The translations under genes were made by a program, and so were the position numbers. Below, in pieces: positions 27,828 to 36,942 of a DNA stretch of 64,000 nucleotides. Under the pieces are notes generated by a model that saw nothing but the letters and a program-made list of their open reading frames with translations, had not been told where the DNA came from and made no database searches. Origin of the DNA: a phage; the sequence record NC_101837.1, one strand, 5' to 3'. Each line of letters opens with the position of its first letter. Position 1 is the stretch's first letter.

Positions 27828-30800
27828 TTAGTCGTGAGACTCGTTCCAAGGTCCCTGGAAGCTAGAGTTTGAACGACTTACTATCACAGTAGGACAGGAG
27901 ATTGTGACACCTGTCACGCTCGACGTTGACCACGGTGTGTAAATCTCGATAACAATGTCTATAGTTTGTTCACCCAGACCTGTTATCCCTACCGCACACA
28001 TGCCGTTGTTGTCGTTAAAATACTTCTTGCCAGCAAGGATCTGATGACCAGCTATCCATGCATTCAGTTGGGAGCTGGCAAGAGTACCATTCAGTTTAAA
28101 GAAGAATGTTACGTTCTTACCCTGACCTGAAACGTTATCTACGTATCTCCACCTCCAACGGCAAACCCTTTGCTGGGAGTTATATACTGGAGCACAATCT
28201 CCGTAAGTCCTGTGTGCAACAATCGCACCTTCGAACTGGTTAGCACGGATAACAGAAGCTTCTACACGACCACGGAAGGTACCTCCGGTTGCATCTATGG
28301 TGCCTCTAAAGCTACCATTATTGGCATAAACATCACCACGGAAGGTACCACTGGTGGCGTTAACTGCCCCTGTGAAGTTACCAGAACTGGCGTTGATGTT
28401 GCCTTTCACCCACACATCCATAAATTGGGCGTGCCCGTTCTTGTTAATGTACCAACCGTATTTATGGTACCCGTTGCCATCGTAGTTGTTTGACGAAATT
28501 TCTTGTGCGATCTTGGCAGAGGAGATCGTGCCATTCTCTATAAAAGCGTCTTTCAAGAACGCTTGGTTGTTCTTGATTGCGAAAGCAAGGGTTGCTGTTC
28601 CATTTCCAGGGTTGTATACCGCAAAATTGTTTGCACTAACCATGAAGTAGGATTGAACTTGTCCTCCAGACCCCTCCATGCCCAGCTGGATACCTGCAAC
28701 ATACTTATTCCCTGCAGAGTCTACCTGAATCTTAGCTCCCCACTGAGCATCTATTTTACCCTCAAGTGTTGTTACAGCTTTAGAGGTATTAGATACTGTA
28801 GCCCTGAGCTCATCAATATTACCCATTTCGTCAACAATTTCTTGTTTTGCAGAGGTAAGTTCTTGACGGATCGCTGTGGCTGTATTATTAACAAGATCAA
28901 CTGTTGTACTATTAGTTTCTTGAATAGATGCTTGCAGATTGGCAACCTCTTTCTGCACATCATCTTCCAGCTTGGTGATCTTCCCTGTAGCTGCCACCAG
29001 ATCCTGCTTAATAGCTTCCGTTGTCTTATTTAGCAGATCGGTTGTTGCCTTGTTGGTTTCTTGAATAGAGGAGTTAAGTTTGCTCTCAGTGTTCTTCAAC
29101 TCTTCCCGCAGAGTACCTTGAGTTGCAGTTATTTGCTCACTCAATGCTTGAGTTTTACGATTAACAAGATCAACGGTTGATCTATTTGTTGTCTCGATTA
29201 GTGACCCAAGCCTACCAGACTCTGCTGCAAGTTTATCGTCAAAGGATTGCTGAGCTGCTACCAGCTTACTGTTAAGGGCAGAAATTTCTCCATTAACCCC
29301 TGTAAATTTTTCTGTCGTCTCTCTGACAACACCCTCTATTGTATCCCCAAGCTCTTCAAAAATGCTAGTAACACGGTCATTGACTGCACCAACATTTTTA
29401 TCCATTTCCTTGACTGCATTATCGAGATTGGCGGTAAGCTCTTTATAAGTCTCTGTCTTTTTGAACTCAGCATCAATCTGTGGCATAAGATCTTCTATAG
29501 ATGTGTAACAGTGGGCTGCACACTCCACAAAAGCAGATGAACCAAAAGCATTTGTTGTCCTGATATACCAATAATAAATCTTATCGTTCTGCAGACCTTC
29601 AGATGTCCAAGTTGAACCAACACCCATACGAGTGGCTTTTGAAGTAACGGTTGCATCACTGGTATCTGGCAATCTTGTCATCCCAGATGTCCAAAAGTCA
29701 TATTGGGTGCTTACACTGGCCAAGTCTCTGCTGTGCGGGATCAGGGTAATAGCAAAGTATCCCTGTTTAACTTCTACAGAAACCGGAGCCTCAGGTGCCT
29801 GAATGTTAAACTCACAGTATGCTTCTGGAGATACACCACCTTTATAAGATGTTGCAACAACAGTGGCTGTGTAGGAACCTTTAGTCAGACCTTCAACACG
29901 GACAAACTGCTCAACTGTCTGCGCTGTCCAGACAATCTCTCCGTTTTTCCTGACCTGCACAATGTTTTGAGCATAAGTCCCAACGTTGTCCCAAGCCAAA
30001 ACACCGTGAGTTACTTCTCCAGCTTGGAGAACGGAATATCTGAAGTTTTGCGGTTGAGCTACACCAGATGGAGATATCGGAATATCTACATCGCCAGAAT
30101 CCGGAAGTTGCCCTGTGGCATCATTCCACTCTTTAGCATCTTGACGAAGTTTTACCTTGACACCCCCCTTTTTGGTAAACTCCCATTCAAGAACTCTCAT
30201 TTCTTGGCCCACTATACCAATACTTGGGAGGTCCATTGTAACGTAACGACCAGGTTTAAATTTGAAACCTCGCATATTGCAGGTGACTTCAATAATCCTG
30301 CCAGCTCTGGCACGTCTTAGGAAGATTGCAGAAACACGCTGAGCTTGATAAGGGCTGGTAACAAAGCGATAATCTATATCGATTATCTTTCTTTCTCCAT
30401 CCTTCTCTACCCACTCTGGGACAAACACTGATGGAAAATCTGTTTCAGAATACCCTTTGGTCGGACTAGTGAATCTGCCAGTTATTGTGTTGGATCTTTT
30501 GTCAAATGAGGCTTCCGGATAGATCTTGACCTCACCACAGACACAATCCTCACTCAGTGTCATTGTTGCCGGGCCATAGTATGCACCAACCAACAAACCA
30601 TACTTACCAGCTACATAACTAAGATCTGCACCGCAAGCTTTCAGCATTTCTGCCATAATACTTGCTGGGGCCTCATCCATGTCAAACTCACCGTTAATGG
30701 TGTAACGGCGCTCACTGGTTCCGTCTGCGTTTTTTACCGCCTCGTCGCATATGTTGGCAGCCTCCTTGAAGGACTCCCAGTTGATGGTTTCGTCAGGACA

Positions 30801-31427
30801 TTTAAGGTACGTTCTTAAATAGTCTAGGATCACCAAGGCAGCGTTATTGGTATACACCTCTTTACTGATACGAGGATCATAGCATTTTTTACCAACCTTG
30901 ACGAGTGTAACGTTTGGCAACCCAAAAGGAAACTTGTCAGGGTCAAACCTGAAGCTGGCACGTAGCCAACTGATCCCTCTACCTATCATGTCAGGTGACC
31001 ATGATGGGCAGTGTGTGCCCATGAAAGGATCAGATGTTTTTCTGTCGTTATGTAGCTCCCACGATACCAAATCCCCATACGAGGAAATAGGATTACCGTC
31101 GATAAGTATATCTTCTACACCTTCCAGAGGGTGATTGGCAAGAACAATAGCACAGTGGAGAGTTCTGTCTCTATCCTGCTCCAAAAACGCAAGCAATCCG
31201 GATGTGCGTGTCTTCCCATACACTACAGAGCAAGGTGCAGCAGAAGATCTGAGAAGCTTTTGTCTATCTTGCTGACTTCTGTAAGATTTGTTGCCCTCAA
31301 AAATCTTATCCAGAGTTCTGGTGGTAACAGTGTTCAGGCTGTCAGCCAGAGCTGCCTTGGATGCGTTCCAGTCATAACTTGAAGATCTTGCAGAAGCAAC
31401 GATGTTATCAATCATTGCAATTGGCAT
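27828..31427 (-). CDS. large tail/host-specificity-like protein (1199 aa) with central coiled-coil repeats
   Basis: N-terminal ~400 aa globular, long heptad-like Thr/Asn/Leu-rich segment, C-terminal Gly/Asn-rich region. Confidence 0.4.
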   Translation of the reverse strand: MPIAMIDNIVASARSSSYDWNASKAALADSLNTVTTRTLDKIFEGNKSYRSQQDRQKLLRSSAAPCSVVYGKTRTSGLLAFLEQDRDRTLHCAIVLANHPLEGVEDILIDGNPISSYGDLVSWELHNDRKTSDPFMGTHCPSWSPDMIGRGISWLRASFRFDPDKFPFGLPNVTLVKVGKKCYDPRISKEVYTNNAALVILDYLRTYLKCPDETINWESFKEAANICDEAVKNADGTSERRYTINGEFDMDEAPASIMAEMLKACGADLSYVAGKYGLLVGAYYGPATMTLSEDCVCGEVKIYPEASFDKRSNTITGRFTSPTKGYSETDFPSVFVPEWVEKDGERKIIDIDYRFVTSPYQAQRVSAIFLRRARAGRIIEVTCNMRGFKFKPGRYVTMDLPSIGIVGQEMRVLEWEFTKKGGVKVKLRQDAKEWNDATGQLPDSGDVDIPISPSGVAQPQNFRYSVLQAGEVTHGVLAWDNVGTYAQNIVQVRKNGEIVWTAQTVEQFVRVEGLTKGSYTATVVATSYKGGVSPEAYCEFNIQAPEAPVSVEVKQGYFAITLIPHSRDLASVSTQYDFWTSGMTRLPDTSDATVTSKATRMGVGSTWTSEGLQNDKIYYWYIRTTNAFGSSAFVECAAHCYTSIEDLMPQIDAEFKKTETYKELTANLDNAVKEMDKNVGAVNDRVTSIFEELGDTIEGVVRETTEKFTGVNGEISALNSKLVAAQQSFDDKLAAESGRLGSLIETTNRSTVDLVNRKTQALSEQITATQGTLREELKNTESKLNSSIQETNKATTDLLNKTTEAIKQDLVAATGKITKLEDDVQKEVANLQASIQETNSTTVDLVNNTATAIRQELTSAKQEIVDEMGNIDELRATVSNTSKAVTTLEGKIDAQWGAKIQVDSAGNKYVAGIQLGMEGSGGQVQSYFMVSANNFAVYNPGNGTATLAFAIKNNQAFLKDAFIENGTISSAKIAQEISSNNYDGNGYHKYGWYINKNGHAQFMDVWVKGNINASSGNFTGAVNATSGTFRGDVYANNGSFRGTIDATGGTFRGRVEASVIRANQFEGAIVAHRTYGDCAPVYNSQQRVCRWRWRYVDNVSGQGKNVTFFFKLNGTLASSQLNAWIAGHQILAGKKYFNDNNGMCAVGITGLGEQTIDIVIEIYTPWSTSSVTGVTISCPTVIVSRSNSSFQGPWNESHD

Positions 31428-31864
31428 TAATACCTCCAGACATCAACAACGATAGAATCTTTCATGTCGAACATAAAGACCCCTTTATCACCTTTCGCCC
31501 AAATCTGGTTGTTCCAGAACACACCAGCGGTGAGCCCGTTCAGACCTTCGAAAATGACAATATCTCCACGCTGAACCTGTTTAGGAGTATCCAGCCGAGT
31601 CAGAAAGAGATCAAAAATAGTAGGCAGGTGTGTGGTTTTGAAACGAAGCATGCACCATCTTTTGCTTTCCAACTCTGTTTTATACGTTCCTTCGAAGTTA
31701 GAAAGAAAATCTGTTCCGTATTGGGCATCAACACACTTAGCTGCAAAGGTGCAACAATCGTGGAATCCCCATTCAAAAGGTATGGTGGCCTCTTCGTCAA
31801 ATACTTTCCACAATCTTTCTTGCCAGTCCACTAGACGAGGATGTGTGCTCATTAAACCTCCCAA
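31427..31864 (-). CDS. tail/baseplate assembly protein
   Basis: 145-aa ORF translationally coupled to the 1199-aa gene. Confidence 0.3.
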   Translation of the reverse strand: MGGLMSTHPRLVDWQERLWKVFDEEATIPFEWGFHDCCTFAAKCVDAQYGTDFLSNFEGTYKTELESKRWCMLRFKTTHLPTIFDLFLTRLDTPKQVQRGDIVIFEGLNGLTAGVFWNNQIWAKGDKGVFMFDMKDSIVVDVWRY

Positions 31865-32418
31865 ATGATCGGGCGGCTCGCCACCTGATCCACATATTTA
31901 AAAAATCTGTCATTATCGTTTCTTGAGCTGTGGCTTTCCTCCGTGTACCGATAAGGAAAACCTCTTAACCAACTGTTGAAGATGGAAGAGATGGATATGG
32001 ACAAAGCACTATTCTCCCCTGTCTGAATAGCCATATCTGTTATAAGGCCGTCAAACAAGCCATTAGTTGTGACAGGCAGACCATTCTCCATAGCGGTAAT
32101 GTACAACGTGGCACGACAACCGGAATACTCCGTCTTCAGAAGATCACCCACATACTTAGGATCAAACCCGTTCAATGTCGCTACCACAGATCCGAAGTTG
32201 GTGGCATCTTTCTCAGACACAGCAGTTAACGTTGCTGATCCACCTATCCCTATAAAATGTTGCCCCTCAATTACTACAACACCAGTGCCTGAGCACACCC
32301 TGACAGTTCCTGTCGGTAGCTCCAGCTTTGCAGCAATTAAGATCTCAACACCATCAAGCTCCAGCTTTTCAAGAAATAAATTATCTAATGGCGCTCTGAT
32401 CATCTTAGAAATCCTCAA
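31852..32418 (-). CDS. tail/baseplate protein
   Basis: 188-aa ORF in structural operon. Confidence 0.3.
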   Translation of the reverse strand: MRISKMIRAPLDNLFLEKLELDGVEILIAAKLELPTGTVRVCSGTGVVVIEGQHFIGIGGSATLTAVSEKDATNFGSVVATLNGFDPKYVGDLLKTEYSGCRATLYITAMENGLPVTTNGLFDGLITDMAIQTGENSALSISISSIFNSWLRGFPYRYTEESHSSRNDNDRFFKYVDQVASRPIIWEV

Positions 32419-32995
32419 AGAGGTTGATAACTATATTATCACCTTTTTGCATAGCATCGACTTTTTGCTTAATTTTATGAATATCTCTGATATGAAACCT
32501 ACCCTTCGGGGATTGAGTTATTATCTTCATAGTGTCCCCTGCGGCAATAGGTTTTCTAAGTCTTGGAGATATGCTTATAACAGCAGCCCCAACACCATCG
32601 CTGCGCACTGGAGCTGTTACCACTTTCAACTCATCATTGACAGATATTTTATCGCCAGCTCTAGCTATGTCTCTGTTTGGCTCCCACCCAACCGTCTTCA
32701 AAAAATCGTCGTTACCAGTAGGCCCCAGGGCGATTGGCTCATTAGCTGTTACTGAGTGACCGTAAGTTTTAATAAGAAAGATGTTTCCATCTTTATACAC
32801 CTGATCAACAAAGCTCTTAAGCTCTAACAACTGTGACTCGCTGATATTGGAAACCGTCAAAGTGCCTTTCCAATTAGGTGTGGCATAGGTTACTTTTTGC
32901 GTTTTACCTGTAAACGGACTTTTAAACGTAACAATATCTGCCAGCAGCTCCAATCTAATATCTGGAAGGTATCTAGGCCTTTCCCATAAAAACAT
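32405..32995 (-). CDS. tail/baseplate protein
   Basis: 196-aa ORF in structural operon. Confidence 0.3.
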   Translation of the reverse strand: MFLWERPRYLPDIRLELLADIVTFKSPFTGKTQKVTYATPNWKGTLTVSNISESQLLELKSFVDQVYKDGNIFLIKTYGHSVTANEPIALGPTGNDDFLKTVGWEPNRDIARAGDKISVNDELKVVTAPVRSDGVGAAVISISPRLRKPIAAGDTMKIITQSPKGRFHIRDIHKIKQKVDAMQKGDNIVINLFEDF

Positions 32996-33054
32996 TGTGC
33001 CTCCGGGTTAAACAATCATGATAGTTATTTTACCAGATTTTGAGTTAATACGCA

Positions 33055-33087
33055 ATACAAACAAAAAGCCCCCGCCGAAGCGAGGGC
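33055..33087 (-). terminator. rho-independent terminator (variant of the same UUCG hairpin)
   Basis: hairpin 33068-33087 with one G-U pair on the transcript, followed by UUUUUGUUUGU. Confidence 0.45.
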
Positions 33088-33094
33088 AAAACAG

Positions 33095-36000
33095 TTACTT
33101 CAATTTCTCTTGCAACCCAGTAACAACCTCTGTCAATTTTTTAACCTGCTCCTCAAGGGCGGTTATTTTATCATCCTGTTCCCTGCAAACCTGGACAAGC
33201 AAGCCTGTTACAGCTGCGTAATCCACGCTGTAGAATCTTTCCTCTGTTATCAAAGGAGTTCCATCTTGATCAGGGTTTGGGATTTCCTTTCTTTGCACGA
33301 AAGAGCTAACCGCTTCCGGCAGAGCTTCAAGCACTTCTTGTGCTATAACACCTGCATAAGGCATACCGTTCTCTTTAAGAGTGTAAGTATAACCCTTCAT
33401 CTTCCGGATAGCTTCTAACGCATCAGGAATAACAGCTATGTTATCTTTCAGGTCTCTGTCAGAACTCTGATTGACAGATGTGCAATTCACAGCGCCGTTT
33501 ACAGAAAGATATCTTGATTTATCCGGCAAGGTACCGCAATGCCATACCCAATTTGATTGAGACTCGTCAAGAACCTTAAACTCTAACACGTTTGGACGAT
33601 CTCCTGTGCTGCCGTTACCCCAATAATACATATGGGCGGCATTAGCAGGCATGTTGCCACCGTTATTAGTAACATGGCTTCCAGAAATATACACCTTTAA
33701 CTCTGGGGTTGGTATTTCCCCTTCTGGGGTTGTTCCTCCATACCTGAAGCTAACACCATTACCACCTGTTTGGGTCCACGGGCCCCAAGTGAAGACCTGT
33801 TTCACCATATTCCCATAACGTGTGAATCTATCGCCATGGTAGGTAATATACTCTTGAACACACCCATTACCGTTATTGGCGTTATTTTGCAACACAATAA
33901 GTGTTCCGGCCTCATTTACGGGATAATGACGATCATATGTTGCATCATTATTTGCAGGCTGATGGTAAATACCTTCCCACAATCCGTGATAGGTGTTAAG
34001 GTCTGAAGAACCAAGACCTTGACCCCTGTGTTGCATGGCCTTATTCCAGGGATGGTGATTACCACCTTCTATAGACCTGGTGTATAAGTTACTTTGTCTG
34101 CCAGCAATCTGGAAAGCGTAGTTTCCCGAGAATCCTACAGATAACCCGCCTACAACCATGGTATCTTGTGGGCCGTTAACATTACCAGCTATTATTTTTG
34201 ACGGGTTGTTAGGCCCAAACTGGTTGTTCCAGTCTGCACCCGTGTGGCATACAAAACCGCCCGGAGCTGAGAAAGTGCCATCTTTGTTGAAGTTGTAGAA
34301 TCTATGAGCTGTGCCTACAACATCACGAACAATAACTTGAGCAGCTTCTGGAGTAGATCTGAACTCTGCCTGACCTTGGAGACCAGCACCATTACCGCAT
34401 TTAGAGGTAAACGTACCGTTAGTCAGATCACCTGTCCCATCTGATGCACACTGGAATCCTGCATTAGAGAATAACGCCTTTCTAGGACTGCCGTAGCACA
34501 AATAGTCAAGACCGTCTGCCCATAGCTCGACTTTTGGCATATTCATTTTGCTCATCACAGCATAGCGTTCAGCAGTGCCTATATAGTGCCACTGTGTGCC
34601 GCCACCAGTGTAGAACCCTGAAGTACCTTTGAAGTCAACAATAGGTCTGGTATTGGTGTTATTATCTCCAAGAATAGCAAGATTCAAATCTGCTGACTGA
34701 AGAGGTGCAACGAACTTAACCCCATCCTGATTGTCTGTTACAGCCCCAACCTGGTAATCTTGCTCTCTGGTAAACACTTCGACAACATTTCTACTTGCGT
34801 ATATGCTGACAGGGAAAGCACGAGCCTCCACATAGAAAGCAACATACTCTTGTTTACCCCTTGTTGGAGCAATCATCCCAAGAAGTGCTTTTTCATTCTG
34901 GTAGAAATTTACTACCCCGTAGAAAGAGTCTCCCCTGTCCGTCCAGCCGCCAGTTCTATAGTGACACTGCAGGGTGGCACAGTTCATAGGGTCATTTCCA
35001 GATGAAGACCTGGTGACTATAGTAATATCTGTACCTGTCGAAGGGGCGTAATACGGATCTGTTCTAACGATGATTGGGTAGTATTTCCCATCTTCCATCC
35101 CTGCGGTTCTTGGCAGTGTTAAGAAGTCTTTTACACCTGCTGCTATAGGAACTTTGAACAGATTCTGAGCATCTGCTAAAGTTGTAGCCCCAGTACCACC
35201 TGCGGCTTGAGGTAAAGGTTCCCACTTGGCCTTCCGGTTGTTATAAACACCCCATTCCAGAGTGCCGTTACCGGATTCGTCCATTCCTCCATCCCAGACC
35301 ACCATCTTGGCGGCTTTCTTGGACCCCCAAAAGCCTCTTTCTGCTCCTGAACTACGGATCCATTCTCCAAGTCCCCAGTTTGTCAGCTGACCAGTAAGAT
35401 CCCCAACCTGCATATATTTAGGGCAGTCTAATACGCCGTCTTCGCGGAAACCTAAATATCTGTGAGTTTCAGATCCTTTTGCACCTTTGTGCAGGTGGAT
35501 TGTCAACCAAGCCTTATTGTCGTTTCTTACCTCAGAATAGATCCTATATCCATGCTCAAGGACACCGTCAGCGCTGTATTTGTCCCCGTTAACAATACCC
35601 GAGGCTGACTTAACATCAGCAGAACTTTGAGACAGGTAAATGTGCCCGAAGGTAGGGGTATTTCTAGGCCCAAGACCGATGTGCGCTCTAAAGGTATCAT
35701 CGTTACGAGGTCTGACCATCGGCTGCCATGCAGTCCACTGGTTTGTGTTGGCCTGATAGGTTCTCAAATACCAAACATCTACGTTAGAGAATGGGTAGTA
35801 TTCCTGACGACAACCTGTACCGCCGTTAGCATTGTTCTGCCAAACAATCAAGTGACCAGCACCAGAACCTGCAGGGTAACCATTTGCCTCAGTTGCATAA
35901 GCAGTCATCGGCTGGTAGTATACACCATCCTGATTACCAGTCAAGTTATTGATATTGAAATTTGGCTCAAGGGCTGCACGTTGCTTATAGAAAGCCCCGA

Positions 36001-36907
36001 TATTGATACGGACTCCAGCGGCATCTCTGGCCCCTGTACCGCCTTGCTCTATAGCAAGAGGTTGCCACGAGGCTGTTTGTTGGTTCCACATACCCCAACG
36101 GCCTGTTGCGTCAAGCTGCAAGTACCCTGCCGTGTTTAAATCATCTCCAGCACGGATAACTGTTCTTGTTGGGTTGTTTGCCTCCAGGCGTTTAAATTCA
36201 TCACGAAGTGCTATTCTTTTTGTTGTTGCTACACCGTTGGTTACTGCGATGGTATACATGGCTCCGGATGTAGCGCCACGGAAAATACCATCAACAGTTG
36301 TAGTATCACGACGAGATACCACACCGTTCAGAAATTTTTCACCAGCTGCTACAGAAGGGTAGTTGGTGGTTCTTCCCTCTTCAATAACTGCAGGACCCAC
36401 AAAGTTATCAAGGTGAATAACATCACCTACAGTGTGCACCGTACCAAAATCTACACGCTGTGCAAGTGCTTTAGCATCGTTAGCTGTCTGAACAGTAACA
36501 TCCATTACATCCTGGACAGACTGCCCTTCGGCTGTCATGATCATAGATGCGCCAATGGTAGATTCCAGCTCCTCCCTTAGGGACGGGTCAGTATATACCA
36601 TCCATGCAGCGTCAGTAATCCCACCATCTGAGTACGGTGAAGATAGTGCAGGAACAGTGTGTGGAAATTCGCCTTTCCAACGCAGGTAGAGATCTTCCTC
36701 TTCGAAATAGGCAAAATCCATTGGGCCGTTTAACTTACCACCTTCCTTAAAGGAGATTACATGAGAAACAGTCCCATCCACATGGACAACATCGCCAATT
36801 TTTACACGACGGGTCAGGTCTGGTTGTTGAACAACCAGGTAATCATCCTCTGTCACTGCGGTAGTGGCAGGAAGAGATTCAATTCTGACAACTTTAATAT
36901 CAGCCAT
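33095..36907 (-). CDS. tail fibre with C-terminal self-cleaving intramolecular chaperone (peptidase S74-like) domain
   Basis: 1270 aa; C-terminal SDRDLKDNIAVIP...GVIAQEVLEALPEAV matches the S74 chaperone motif; N-terminal ~100 aa similar to 39542..40210. Confidence 0.6.
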   Translation of the reverse strand: MADIKVVRIESLPATTAVTEDDYLVVQQPDLTRRVKIGDVVHVDGTVSHVISFKEGGKLNGPMDFAYFEEEDLYLRWKGEFPHTVPALSSPYSDGGITDAAWMVYTDPSLREELESTIGASMIMTAEGQSVQDVMDVTVQTANDAKALAQRVDFGTVHTVGDVIHLDNFVGPAVIEEGRTTNYPSVAAGEKFLNGVVSRRDTTTVDGIFRGATSGAMYTIAVTNGVATTKRIALRDEFKRLEANNPTRTVIRAGDDLNTAGYLQLDATGRWGMWNQQTASWQPLAIEQGGTGARDAAGVRINIGAFYKQRAALEPNFNINNLTGNQDGVYYQPMTAYATEANGYPAGSGAGHLIVWQNNANGGTGCRQEYYPFSNVDVWYLRTYQANTNQWTAWQPMVRPRNDDTFRAHIGLGPRNTPTFGHIYLSQSSADVKSASGIVNGDKYSADGVLEHGYRIYSEVRNDNKAWLTIHLHKGAKGSETHRYLGFREDGVLDCPKYMQVGDLTGQLTNWGLGEWIRSSGAERGFWGSKKAAKMVVWDGGMDESGNGTLEWGVYNNRKAKWEPLPQAAGGTGATTLADAQNLFKVPIAAGVKDFLTLPRTAGMEDGKYYPIIVRTDPYYAPSTGTDITIVTRSSSGNDPMNCATLQCHYRTGGWTDRGDSFYGVVNFYQNEKALLGMIAPTRGKQEYVAFYVEARAFPVSIYASRNVVEVFTREQDYQVGAVTDNQDGVKFVAPLQSADLNLAILGDNNTNTRPIVDFKGTSGFYTGGGTQWHYIGTAERYAVMSKMNMPKVELWADGLDYLCYGSPRKALFSNAGFQCASDGTGDLTNGTFTSKCGNGAGLQGQAEFRSTPEAAQVIVRDVVGTAHRFYNFNKDGTFSAPGGFVCHTGADWNNQFGPNNPSKIIAGNVNGPQDTMVVGGLSVGFSGNYAFQIAGRQSNLYTRSIEGGNHHPWNKAMQHRGQGLGSSDLNTYHGLWEGIYHQPANNDATYDRHYPVNEAGTLIVLQNNANNGNGCVQEYITYHGDRFTRYGNMVKQVFTWGPWTQTGGNGVSFRYGGTTPEGEIPTPELKVYISGSHVTNNGGNMPANAAHMYYWGNGSTGDRPNVLEFKVLDESQSNWVWHCGTLPDKSRYLSVNGAVNCTSVNQSSDRDLKDNIAVIPDALEAIRKMKGYTYTLKENGMPYAGVIAQEVLEALPEAVSSFVQRKEIPNPDQDGTPLITEERFYSVDYAAVTGLLVQVCREQDDKITALEEQVKKLTEVVTGLQEKLK

Positions 36908-36942
36908 TCTTTCTCCTGAAAGGGGGCAAACAGCCCCCTATG